Shown here one piece after another: positions 39,055-50,470 of a stretch of 64,000 bases of DNA (positions are counted from its first letter, which is position 1; each line of letters starts with the position of its first letter). The notes beneath the pieces were generated by a model. It did not search any database and was not told where the DNA came from. It was given only the letters and a program-made list of their open reading frames with translations. The stretch is from Squalus acanthias (Eukaryota). The position numbers were made by a program, and so were the translations under genes. Where the stretch lies: the NCBI GenBank assembly GCA_030390025.1, contig CM059431.1, positions 157,854,001 through 157,918,000 of the forward strand, in the 5' to 3' direction.

Positions 39055-39900
39055 TTCGCTAAAGGGAAGTGGGCGTCTCTGGTAAGGCCATCATTTATTG
39101 TAAACCCCGTGTTGCCCTTGCGAAGGTGGTGGTGAGCCGCCTTCTGAACCACTGCAGTCCGTGTGGCGAAGGTACTTCCTCAGCGCTGTTACGGAGGGAT
39201 TCCAGGATTTTGAGCCAGCGACGATGAAGGAATGACGACATATTTCTGAGTCAGGATGTTGTGTAACTTGGAGGGGAACCTGGTGGTGATGGTGTTCTAT
39301 TGCAACTGCTACCGTTGTCCTTCTCGATACTGGAGGTCGCCGGATTGGTAGGTGCTGTCGCAGAAGCCCTGGCGAGCTGTAGTGCATCGTTTAGATGGTA
39401 TACACTGCAGACACGGTGCGCCGATGGTGGAGGGAGTGAAAGTTTAATGTGTTCGATAGAGAGCCGATCAAGCGGGCTGCTTGTGCTGGTTTTGTCGAGT
39501 TTCTTGAGTGTTGTTCCAGCTGCAATCATGCAGGCAATTCGAGAGTATTCCATCACACTCCTGACTTGGGCCATTAGGTGAGATCCTCAACGCAGAATAG
39601 CCAGCCTCTCACCTGCACTTGTACCACATATTAAAGTGGCTCGTCAACTTAAGTTTCTGGTCAATGGTCAATCCCATGATGCTAATGCCATTGAATGTCA
39701 ACGGGAGGTGCCTGGACGCTCTCTTGTCGGAGATAGTCGTTGCCTGGAACTTGTAAGGCGCGAATATTACTTGCCACTTATGGCAAGCCTGAATGTCGTC
39801 CAGGTCTTGCTGAATGCGGGCATAGACTGCCTCATTATCTGAGCAGTAGCGAATGGAACTGAACACTGTGCAATCATCAGCGAACATTCCCACTTCTGAG
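39055..39900 (-). mobile_element. LINE 3' fragment (family of 12761-13552)
   Basis: SEVGMFADDCTVF and QVRSVMEYS motifs, followed by the shared 3' end. Confidence 0.88.
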
Positions 39901-39944
39901 ATCGGACGAAGCGGACCTGGAGGGAGCACAGCGAGAGCGGAGCA

Positions 39945-41150
39945 GATAAAAGGAGCGGTAGTCTGCATGGATTTTCGTAAGGCGTTTGATAAAGTACCAC
40001 ATAGAAGGCTGGTTAACAAAACTGACGCTCATAGAATAGGTGGATCAGTGGCAGCTTGAATAAGGAATTGTCTTAAGGACAGAAAACAGCGAGTTGTGGT
40101 AAATGGCTGTTTTTTAGACTGGAGGATAGTAGACAGTGGTGTTCCCCAAATGTCAGTGCTGGCGCCACTGCTTTTTTATTATATATAAATGAGCTGGATA
40201 TTGGAATACAGAGTAGAATTTCTAAATTTGCCGATGACACCAAACTTCGGGGTTTGGCAAAAACTGATGATGATATCAATCGATCGCAAAATGACATAGA
40301 AAGGCTAGCAGAATGGGCAGAGAAGTGGCAGACGGAATTTAATACAGCGATGTATGAGGTGATGCATTTTGGCAGAAGGAACAGGGAGAGGCAATATACT
40401 CTTAATGGTACAGTTTTAAAGATTGTGCAGGGACAGAGGGACCTGAGAGTTAATGTGAATAGGTCACTGAAGGTGGCAGGACAGATTGAGAGTGTGGTTA
40501 ACAAAGAATATGGAATCTTGGACTTCATAGACTGAATTCTTGAGCACAAAAGTAGAGAAGTTATGCTGAACGTTTATAAAGCGCTGTTTAGGCCGCAACT
40601 GGACTATTGCTTCCAGTTCTGATCACCACACATTAGGAAGGATGTGAATGCCCTTGACAGGATTCAAAGGAGATTTACCAGAATGGTTCTGGGGACGGAA
40701 TATGTTAGCTACAAGGACAGGTTTGAAAATTTGCATTTGTTTTCATTGGAGCAAAGGAGGTCGAGGGGTGATTTGATAGGGGTGTACGAGATTATGGCGG
40801 GTTTGGATAGGCTAGACGGGGAAAGGCTGTTCCCACTACTTTATGATACAAGGATTAGGGGACACGTATACAAGGTTTTTGGCAAGAGATGCAGAGGGAA
40901 TGGGAGAAATAACTTTTATACGCAGCGAGTGGTGAGGACCTGTAACTCACTGCCGACCAAAGTGGTGCATGCGGAGACACTCAATGTTTTAAAGGGGAAA
41001 CTGGATATGCACTTGAGGGAAATAAACGTGCAGGGCTACGGGGATAGAGCGGGGGTTGGGACTGACTGAATTGTTCTACAGAGATGCGGCACGGACTCGA
41101 TGGGCCGAATGGCCTCGTTCTGTGCCGTTATGACTCTATGACTCTATGAT
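39945..41150 (+). mobile_element. 5'-truncated decayed CR1
   Basis: MDFRKAFDKVPH, FADDTKL and FYTQRVV motifs; (TATGACTC)n tail. Confidence 0.9.
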
Positions 41151-41289
41151 AAGGGGGCCAAAGATACTTCCCTGGGAGTGGGGTGCACCAGAGGTAACGG
41201 TGCGGAAGCAGGAAGAAAAGCCATTGCAGGTATCTCTGTCCCTATGATTAGATAGATAAGAATGGAACCAGAGGAGTGCAGTCCCACCC

Positions 41290-41462
41290 ACCTGGAGGAG
41301 GGTGGAGAGGAGATTTGGTAGATGAAGTGGTCAACGGTGTCAAATTCTGAAGCCAGGTCGAGAAGGACGAGGAGAGATAGTTTACCTTTGTGACAGTCAC
41401 AAAGGATGTCTTTTGTGATTTTGTCGTTTCATTGTTGTGGCAGGGGCAGAAACTGATTGGGT
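41290..41462 (-). mobile_element. L2-like RT fragment
   Basis: Minus strand translates to LSLLVLLDLASEFDTVDH, resembling the L2-type LLDLSAAFDTVDH motif. Confidence 0.65.
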
Positions 41463-41469
41463 TCGCATA

Positions 41470-42810
41470 AACTGTGAGACCCCATACATACCTGGCAGTA
41501 TTCGATAGAATGGGAAACTTCATACACAACTGGCAGAAGCCTAATACAACCTAAAACCCCATTTCTTGCAGATACCTGCTAATTTTTGGAACCCGTGCAC
41601 ACCTGGCAGTGCCCCGATATACAGTGAAACACCATACATAACTTGTCGGTTCCTGATATACTGTGAAACTCCATTCACACCTGGCAGGATCCTGATGCAC
41701 TGTGAAACCCCACACACACCTGGCAGGATCCTCATACACTGTGAAACCCCACACACACCTGGCAGGATCCTGATACACTGTGAAACTCCATACACATCTG
41801 GCAGGATCCTGATACACTGGGGATCCCCATAAACACCAGGCAGGATCCTGATACACTGTGAAACCCCATACACACCTGGCAGAATCCTGATACACTGTGA
41901 AAACCCACACACACCTTGCAGGATCCTGATACACTGCGAAATACCCATACACACCAGGCAGGTTCCTGATACACTTCGGAACCACACACACACCTGGCAG
42001 GATCCTGATACACTGTGAAACCCCATACATACCTGCCAGAACCCTGATACACTGTGAAACCCCGTACACACCTGGCAGAATCCTGATACAATCTGGAACC
42101 CCATACACACCTGGCAGAATGCTGATACACTGTGAAACCTTTGCACACTTGGCAGGATGCTGATGTACTGTGAAACCCCATACAAACCAGGCAGGATTCT
42201 GAAAGACTGTGAAATCCCATACAGACTTAAAAGGATCGTGATGCACTGTGAAATCCCATACACACCTGGCAGGATCCCAATACACTGTGAAACCCGTGCA
42301 CGCAAGGCAGGATTCCGATAAACTGTGAAACACGATCCACACCTGGCAGGATCCTGATACACTCTGAGACCCCATACACACCTGGCAGGATCGCCATATA
42401 GAGTAAAAAAGCCTTAAACATATGGCAGGATCATGAAATACTTTAAAACCCCATATATATTTCGCAGAATCCCGTTACATTCTGAAACCCTAAACACAAA
42501 TGGAAGGTTCCTGATAAGCTATGAATCATCATACACACCTGGCAGGATCCTGATACACTGTGAAACTCCATACCCACCTGGCAGGAACATGATTATCTGA
42601 AACCCCATAGATACCTGTCAGGAACCTGATGCACTGTGAAACCCCAGACACACCTGGTCGGATGCTGATACACTGTGAAACCCCATAGACACCTGGTTGG
42701 ATGCTGATACACTCTGAAAACATATACTCACCTGGTTGCATCCTGACACACTGTAAAACGGCAGGAGTACCTGGCACGATCCCGATAAACAATGGAAACA
42801 CATACACAGC
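41470..42810. repeat. 39-bp minisatellite (~34 units)
   Basis: Same unit as 24425-24730. It yields the 13-aa periodic pseudo-ORFs (VSQCIRILPGVYG). Confidence 0.95.
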
Positions 42811-43170
42811 TATCAGAATTTCAGATTTCCTGTGAATCACCATCAAAGTCTATCAGGTTCGCAATAATGTATGCATTGTATTATAGATTCTGAGTTTGGT
42901 CCCCTTGGAACAGAGAATGTTCCCAGGGGATTTGATAGAAGTGCGCAAAACAATGAATGGCTTTGATAGCGTAAATAAGGTGAAAGTAATTGCAGTGACA
43001 GAATTGTTGATAAACAGAAGACTCAGTTTCAGATGATAGGCAAAAAGCAGAGGCTGCATGAGGAAAAATGGTTTTATGCAGCGATTTATTGCAATATTGA
43101 ATGCACTGTCTGAAAGTGAGGTGGAAGAAGATTACATAGTGACCTTCTCAAAGGAATTGGATAAATATTT

Positions 43171-43487
43171 AGGGCAACACGGTGGCATAGTGGTTAGCAC
43201 TGTTGCCTCACAGCGCCAGGAACCCGGGTTCGAATCCGGCCACGGGTGACTGTCTGTGTGGAGTTTGCACATTCTCTCCGTGTCTGCGTGGGATTCCTCC
43301 GGGTGTTCCGGTTTCCTCCCACATGTCCAAAGATGTGCGGGTTAGGCTGATTTGGCTATGATAAAAAATTGACCCTTTGTGTTAGGGGGATTAAATACGT
43401 GGGGTTACGGGGATAGGGTGGGATATGTGTCGGTGCAGGCTCGATGGGCCGAAATGTCCTCTATCTGCACTGTGGGGATTCTGTGAT
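43171..43487 (+). mobile_element. tRNA-derived V-SINE (HE1-like), inserted in a decayed CR1 3' end (~42860-43600)
   Basis: A box TGGCATAGTGG (43183-43193), B box GGTTCGAATCC (43227-43237), V-domain TGTGTGGAGTTTGCACATTCTC...TCCGGTTTCCTCCCAC and a CR1-derived tail. Confidence 0.9.
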
Positions 43488-43844
43488 ACTTGAAGGAAAA
43501 AATGCAGGGCTATGCTGATAGAGAAGTGGAGTGGGATAATTGGAAATCTGTACCAAATAGCTGGCACAAACACGATTGGAAGAATGGGCTCCTTTCATAC
43601 GATTTTATTCCATAATGAAAACTAGAAGTGGCAGTGACAATGCATTGTCACATCTCAGAGGAAAGCACAGGTGCAGGAAGGTGTGAATGTGACTGCCAGC
43701 AGGGTAGGGGAACTCAGTGGAGATGGAGGTGGAAGGCCCGCAGACACTGGTCCAATGCAACGGGTACGATGTACTTGATATCTGTTCGGATAAGGAGAAA
43801 GACTGAGGAGAGTACAGCCACAATGCTGATCTAGGCAGACCGGA

Positions 43845-44370
43845 GAAGCAGATTCGAAACTTAGTAGTTATAAGGGAGTCAAAAAATAGGGGGATAGATT
43901 GCATCCTCTGTAACCACGATCTAGAGTCCCGAAGGATGTGTTGTCTGCATGATGACAGGGCAATTGGTAACTCCATGCTTCTGAAAAGTAATTTGCAAAG
44001 TAAGGGGAACATCCAGTTGTTGGGCTCCATGACGGGACCAATGACATAGGTTACAAAGTGTAGAAATTCTTGCAGAGGAAGTATCAGGACTTCGGAGATA
44101 AACTAAAACGCAGAACATGAAGGCCGTTAATTTTAGGGTTATTACCGGAGCCACGTTGTAATCAGCAACGGGACAAACAGACCAGGGAAATGAGCACGTG
44201 GCTGAAGGAGCATTGAAGGGGAGAAGGGGTTCGATTTCGTGGGACACCGGTAACAGTACTAGGGCAGGAAGAAGGTGTACCATTGGGCCGGGCTGCTTCT
44301 GAACCGGGATGGGACCAAAGTCTTAGCGGAAATGATGACCAGGCGGAATAAAAGGACTGTAAACTAAAAC
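43845..44370 (+). mobile_element. Decayed CR1 ORF1 (SGNH esterase-like) fragment
   Basis: Reads LVVIRESKNRGIDCILCNHDLESRRMCCL...HPVVGLHDGTNDIG with frameshifts. Confidence 0.6.
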
Positions 44371-44574
44371 ATGGGAGAAGGACTACGTCGGATACAGTAG
44401 TAAAAATGATAGTTCATTCTTTTTTAAAAAAAAGGCTAAAACCAAAGTTCAGGTCACAAACAGTGATATAGATTATACACACGAAATTAATCCTTAAATA
44501 ACTAAAGTAGTTAGAGGATGGTGTGACAAATAATAATCATGTTCAGTTAAGCAGTTTATGAAAAACAGCATCAT

Positions 44575-46590
44575 AAAGTCATACAGTCATCGAGTTATAT
44601 AGCACAGAAAGAGGCTCTTCGGCCCATCGTGTGCGCGCCTGCCATCAAGCCCCGTCTATTCTAATCCCATTTTCCAGCACATGGTCCGTAGCCTTGTATG
44701 CTATGGCGTTTCAAATGCTCATCTGAATGCTTCTTGAATGTTGTGAGAGTTCCTACCTCTACCACCCTTTCAGGCAGTGAGTTCCAGATTCCAACCACTC
44801 TCTGGGTGAAAAAGTTTTTCCTCAAATTCCCTCTAAACCTCCTGCCCCTTACCTTGAATCTATGCCCCCTGGTTATTGAACCCTCTATTATTTGGAAACG
44901 TTCCTTTCTATCTACCCTATCTATGCCCCTCATAATTATGTACAACTCAATCATGTCTCCCCTCAGCCTTCTCTGCTCTAAGGAAAATAAGCACAGCCTG
45001 TCCAGTCTCTCTACATAGTTGAAGCGCTCCAGCCAAGGTAAAATCCTGCTGAATCTCCTCTGCACCCTCTCCAATGCAATCACATCCTTAATATAGTGTA
45101 GCGATCAGAACTGCACACAGTATTCCAGTTGAGGCCTAACTAGCGTTTTGTACATCTCCATCTTATCTCCCTGCTCTTATATTCTAATATTCTATGCCTC
45201 GGCTAATGAATGCAAATATCCCATATGCCTTTTTTACCAACTTATCTAACTGCCCTACTGCCTTAAGGATCTATGTACATGCACACCAAGGTTCCTCTGA
45301 TCATCTGTCCTTCCTAGGGTCCTACCATTCATTATATAATCCCTTGCCTCGTTAGTCCTCCCAAATTGCATCAACTCACACCTTTCAGGGTTAAATACTA
45401 TTTGCCACTGTTCTTCCCATCTAACCAACCCTTCTATATCGTCTTGTAGCCTGAGGCTTCCCTCCTCACTATTTAACACTCCACCAATTTTCCTGTCAAC
45501 TGCGAACTTACTGACCATACCTCCTAAATTCATATGTAAATCATTAATGTACGCTATAAACAACAAAGGACCCAGCACCGATCCATGCGGTACACCACTG
45601 GACACAGGCTTCCAGTCACAAAAACAACCTTCGACCATCACCCTCTGCCCCCTGCCACTAAGCCAATGTTGTATCCAATGTGCCAATTTGCCCTGAATAC
45701 CATGGGGTCTTACCTTGTTGAGCAGTCTCCCTTATGGGACTTTGTCAAATGCGTTACTGAAGTCCATGTAGACTACATCGACAGCACTACCCTCATCCAC
45801 GCACCTAGTCACCGCCTCGAAAAGTATTATCAAATTGGTCAGATATTATTACCCCCTGACAAAGCCATGCTGACTGTCCTTGATTAATCCTTGACTCTCC
45901 AAGTGGAGACTAATTCTGCCGCTCAGAATTGTTTGCAATAATTTCCCTACCAGTGATGTTAGGCTCACTGGACTGTAATTCCCTGGTTTATCCCTACTAC
46001 CCTTCTTGAATAATGGTACTACGTTAGCTGTCGTGCAGTCCTCTGGCACCTCCCCTGTGGCCAGAGTGGATCTGAAGATTTGTGTCAGAGCCCCTGCATT
46101 CTCCACCCTTGCCTCACACTGCAGCCTGGGCTACATCTCGTTTGGGCCTGGGGATTTATTCACTTTTAAGCCCGCTAAAACCGCTGGTAACTCCTCCCTC
46201 TCAATAATACGTTGTTCAATTATATCACAATCCCCCTGCCTGACTTCTATGCCTACATCGTCCGTCTCCATAGTGAACACAGATGCAAAATATTCATTTA
46301 AATCCTCACCCACATCTTTCGGCTCTACACACAGATTGCCACTTTTGTCCCTAATGGGCCCTACTCTTTCCCTGGTTATCCTCTTGCCCTCAATATACTT
46401 ATCAAACACCTTGGGATTTTCCTATATTTTGCCCGCCAGTGTTTTTTCATTCCCACTCTTCGCTCTCTTAATTTATTTTTAAGTACCCCCCGGCAGTTTC
46501 TATACTCCACTGATTACAGTTATTTGTATCTGCCTAAAGCCTCCATTTTTTTCCTAATCCATTATTTTATATCACTTGACATCGATGGTA
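44575..46590 (-). mobile_element. 5'-truncated decayed CR1
   Basis: KSPGPNEM, NYSPVSLT, GVPHGSVLGP and FFTQRVV motifs in colinear broken ORFs. Confidence 0.92.
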
Positions 46591-47363
46591 CCCTGGGTAT
46601 ACTTCAGGAAAGAAGGATAGGCTAGGGTCTCTTTGCCAAAAATCTGTCCTTTATACTAACGCTTGGAGTATAAGAAATACATTGAGTGTATTTGAGGCTG
46701 AAATACAGATTACAGTGTGTCATTTGTTGGCCATTACTGAGAGATCGCTGCAAGATGCTTAGGATTAGGATTTAAATATTCTCGGTTATAATGTCTTTAG
46801 TAAGGATAGGAAACTGGAAGAGGAGGATTGGTAACCTTACTGATTTAATATACTATTACAACATGAGTAAGAGAGGATATAGGTAGGAGAAATCAATCAG
46901 CTGACTGTTTCTTTAGCAATTACCAATAAGAGAGGACGTAAAACTATAATGGGAGTTGTCGACACACCTCCTGATAGCAACAATGGAGTGGTAGAATGTG
47001 CAGTTTCAAATATTAGAGAAGTTTGTTGCAAAATAAGAGTTGTTTTAATTGGAGAATATAATTTTCCGAAAGATTAAGAAGATCAGAGTGGGTCAAGTTA
47101 GAATTTATCCAGTGCATTAATGGTAGGTTTCTTTGGAGCAATGTGCTCGAGAAACAACAAGAGTGCAGTATTTGCAAGAATTAGTAATAAGTAATCAGCC
47201 AGTCTTAGTTAATAATCTAACAGTAAGAGAACATTCATCTAACAGTGATCATAATATGATAGAATTCAATGTTAGTTTTCAAAAGGAGAAATTAACACTG
47301 TCACTAAGATTCTAATGAGAAGTCGCACAACACCAGGTTATAGTCCAACAGATTTATTTAATT

Positions 47364-47401
47364 TTACAAGCTTTCGGAGCTATCGCTCCTTCGTCAGGTA
47401 A
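47364..47401 (-). ncRNA. Minimal type I hammerhead ribozyme motif (inverted arm)
   Basis: Exact reverse complement of 47726-47763. Confidence 0.8.
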
Positions 47402-47725
47402 GTTAGCAATGAGAGAATCTCCCAGAATTCACAATTTAAACCCAGACAAAAATCGGGTTCATGTCACGATACAGAACGTGACTTGGCATCATGGCCGGTC
47501 TTCCCAGGTGTTTTTTTTGGTTTTTTTGGGGGGTTTTTTTTGTTTTTTTTTTAAAAACACAAGAACACAAATTGACAGGATATGCAGCCAGCAGGTGGTT
47601 TGACACGCTGGACCCCCTGGGACACATCTCATTGTCTTGGCTGTGCTCTTTGTTGTAGCGAATAATGTGAATAGATTTTGTCTGGGTTTAAATTGTGAAT
47701 TCTGGGAGATTCTCTCATTGCTAAC

Positions 47726-47763
47726 TTACCTGACGAAGGAGCGATAGCTCCGAAAGCTTGTAA
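47726..47763 (+). ncRNA. Minimal type I hammerhead ribozyme motif
   Basis: UUAC-CUGACGA-A-GGAGC-gaua-GCUCC-GAAA-GC-UU-GUAA; predicted cleavage after 47759. Confidence 0.8.
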
Positions 47764-48174
47764 AATTAAATAAATCTTTTGGACTATAACCTGGTGTTGT
47801 GCGACTTCTCATTTTTGTCCACCCCAGTCCAACGCCGGCATCTCCACACTAAGATTCTAGGTCGTGGTACGGGTCGTGGTATGGACAGAGACTGACGACA
47901 GCAAAATGGCCCAACCTATTACCTGGAAAAGCTACAGATAATCAGTGGCAGATGTTGAAAACAAAATTCAGCTTAATGCAGGACCAGTACATACCCCGAA
48001 GTCGCAAGTGCTCTACTTGTAAAAAAAACCCTTAATGATCGACAAAAGAGTTTCGAGATAACGCAAAATTAAAGGAAAGAGCATGCAAAAGTGTAAAGAA
48101 TAGTGTAATTCCAGGGATCAGCATAAAGAAGAGCAAATTAAGACAAAAAGGAGCTGTTAAAAGGGAAGAATATA

Positions 48175-48592
48175 ATAACATAAGAAATAGGAGCAGGAGC
48201 AGGCTATTTGGCCGCTCGAGCCTGCTCTGCCATTTAATGAGATCATGGCTGATCTGATCGTGGGCTCAGCTCCATTTCCCTGCACGCTCCCCATAATCCA
48301 TCACTTCCTTATTGTTCAAATATCTGTCTATCTCCACCTTAAATATATGCAATGACACAGCCTCCACAGCTCTCTGGGGAAGAGAATACCATAGATTTCC
48401 GACCCTCTGAGAGAAGAAAATTCTCCTCATTTCAGTTTTAAATGGAGTCCCCTTATTCTGAAACTACGGCCCTTAGTTCTAGTTTCCCCATGAAGGGAAA
48501 CATCTTCTCTGCATCTACCTTGTCGAGCCCCCTCAGTATCTTATATCCTTCAAAGAGATGACCTCTCATTCTTCTAAACTCCAATGAGTATA
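48175..48592 (-). mobile_element. CR1 3' end
   Basis: ACATAAGAAATAGGAGCAGGAG...CTCATTCTTCTAAACTCCAATGAGTA is reverse-similar to 15085-15640. Confidence 0.85.
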
Positions 48593-49394
48593 GTAATATC
48601 AAAATAAGTTTGCGGGAGATATCAAGATTAACACAAAAACGTTTTTACAATTATAATGGAAGAAAAAGGGTAGTCTAGCGGAATCTGTGTCTTTCAAAAC
48701 AGATGTAGGTAATATAACAAATAACAATAAGGCAATATTAGACATGTTGAATAATTACTTCACATCAGTGTTCAGAGAAGAGGACATTTTAGAGAAACTA
48801 ATGGGAACTGGTTTTGGGAATCGCTAAATTTATTACAAGCAGAACAACAGTATTAGAAAATATAATGGTACTAAGGTCTGATGAATTCCAGCGAACTGTT
48901 GGTTTCTATCCAAAGATTTAAAAGTTATTAGATGCTGAAGTTGCAAATGCTTTAGCCACAATATTTCCACGCACATTTGATTCAGCAAATGTTCTTTAAA
49001 TTGGGAAATTAGAAATGTGACTCAATTATTTCAGAATGTTGAGAGAGAGCAACCAGGAAATTATAGGCCTTTAAGTCTAACATTAGTAGCGCGAAATTAT
49101 TGGAAACTATAAATAGGAAAACAGTGTCTGAGCACTTAGAGAAATTAAAGTGATCAGCCATGATGTCATTCATTGGCGGTATGAACTAGAGTGTATGAAT
49201 GGCCTATTCCTTTCCCTAGTTCTTGATGGAAAATATATGGATATAATCTTAGTACCGTAGAAGGCCTTTCGCTCCATCGTGCCTATGCCGGCTCTTTGTA
49301 AGAGCGAGCCAATTAGACTTACTTCCCTTCTATTTCTCCATAGCACTGCAATCTAGAAAGTGTTAATATTCTGTCGTTTATAATGTCTGCCCAT

Positions 49395-49777
49395 ACTCAT
49401 TGTAATTTAGAAGAATGAGAAGTGATCTTATTGAAAATATAAGACACTGAGGGGGCTCAAAAATGTATATGTAGAGCAGATGTTTCCCCTCGTGGGGAAA
49501 AGTAGAACTCGGGGGCATAGTCCAGAATAAAGGGTCGCCCATTTAGAACTGAGTTGTGGAGGAATTTCTTCTCTGAGAGGGTCGTAAATCTGTGGCAGCT
49601 GGGTCATTCAATACATTTAAACTGGAGATAGACAGATGTTTGCTAGATAAGGGAGTGAAGGGTTATGGGGAGCGGGCAGGGAAGTGGATTTGAGCACAAG
49701 ATCACCCATGATCTTATTGAATGGCGGAGCAGGCTCGAGGGGCCAAGTGGACTATTCCTGCTCCTGTTTCTTATGTG
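49395..49777 (+). mobile_element. CR1 3' end
   Basis: Similar to 15085-15630; ends CTCCTGTTTCTTATGT. Confidence 0.85.
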
Positions 49778-50039
49778 CCAGAAAATAAAACCGGGTTAGC
49801 AAAAACCGAGGCCGTGGTTCACCGTGTCTGTTCATGAATGCTGCGCTATTATAATAGCTATGAACTATTATAAAGCTACACATTGCAACATGGCGTCTAA
49901 TCTGAAAACACGTTTTCAGCCTCCCGTGTGGATTTTGGTAATATGCTGATTCCATCTTTAAGTATTGGGGGGTAACTTTAACTTTTAACACACACAATGC
50001 AGGACACCCAATCGAGAGGTTAATCACTGAGCCTCTATC

Positions 50040-50470
50040 GCCCGTTTGTCAGTAGCAAGAAAAGCTAAAGTTACCCCGAGAGTGTGACATCACCGTTGCC
50101 GACAAGAGGCTACGTGGTCGCGACCAATTATCGTGTGAGCAAGATTGGAAAGGATATTCGAGCGGCTATCGGCACATGTTGCCGATTGGTCGAGGCTAGA
50201 TTCGCAATCCAACTTGCAAACAATCTCGCCCATTCCTTTCGCAATTCACTGCTTTGTCTTTTATTTTTTGGCCGACTGCTTGATCTCCGAGTTAAGAGGA
50301 AATATATGCTCAAACATTGCCTTGCGGTGGGTATCGAATCGGCCTCCCCCGTAAAATTTCCGCTCACCATCCCTGTCAATAAATGTAAAAAATCATTTTT
50401 ATTAACTTCAGGCAAATCACAGAAGGCTCCCGGTAAAGCGAGGAATGTCAAGATGAAGAATCGGTGACTA
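50040..50470. promoter_or_regulatory. Second CpG-enriched promoter-like segment
   Basis: TGACATCA (~50085), CCAAT at 50124-50128, ATTGG at 50144-50148 and 50185-50189, and elevated CpG in unique sequence. Confidence 0.4.

Larger units (their letters stand above)
47314..47846 (+). mobile_element. Penelope-like element, severely 5'-truncated, with inverted pLTR
   Basis: 138-bp inverted arms 47314-47451 and 47676-47813 (1 mismatch). ORF end IGFMSRYRT* at 47452-47481. ~33-nt tail. TSD CACTAAGATTCTA at 47302-47314 and 47847-47859. Confidence 0.9.
46650..49155 (+). mobile_element. Ancient CR1 ORF2 remnant (endonuclease to start of RT) interrupted by later insertions
   Basis: SNSDHNMIEF at ~47240 and a PGNYRPLSLT-like sequence at ~49050. 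Confidence 0.7.

Noticed and set aside
41541..42421. Cys-rich 13-aa repeat proteins
   Set aside because: Overlapping open frames arise from the 39-bp minisatellite, with no gene structure.
43171..43245. Possible tRNA gene
   Set aside because: The A and B boxes continue into a V-domain and CR1-like tail, so this is a SINE head.
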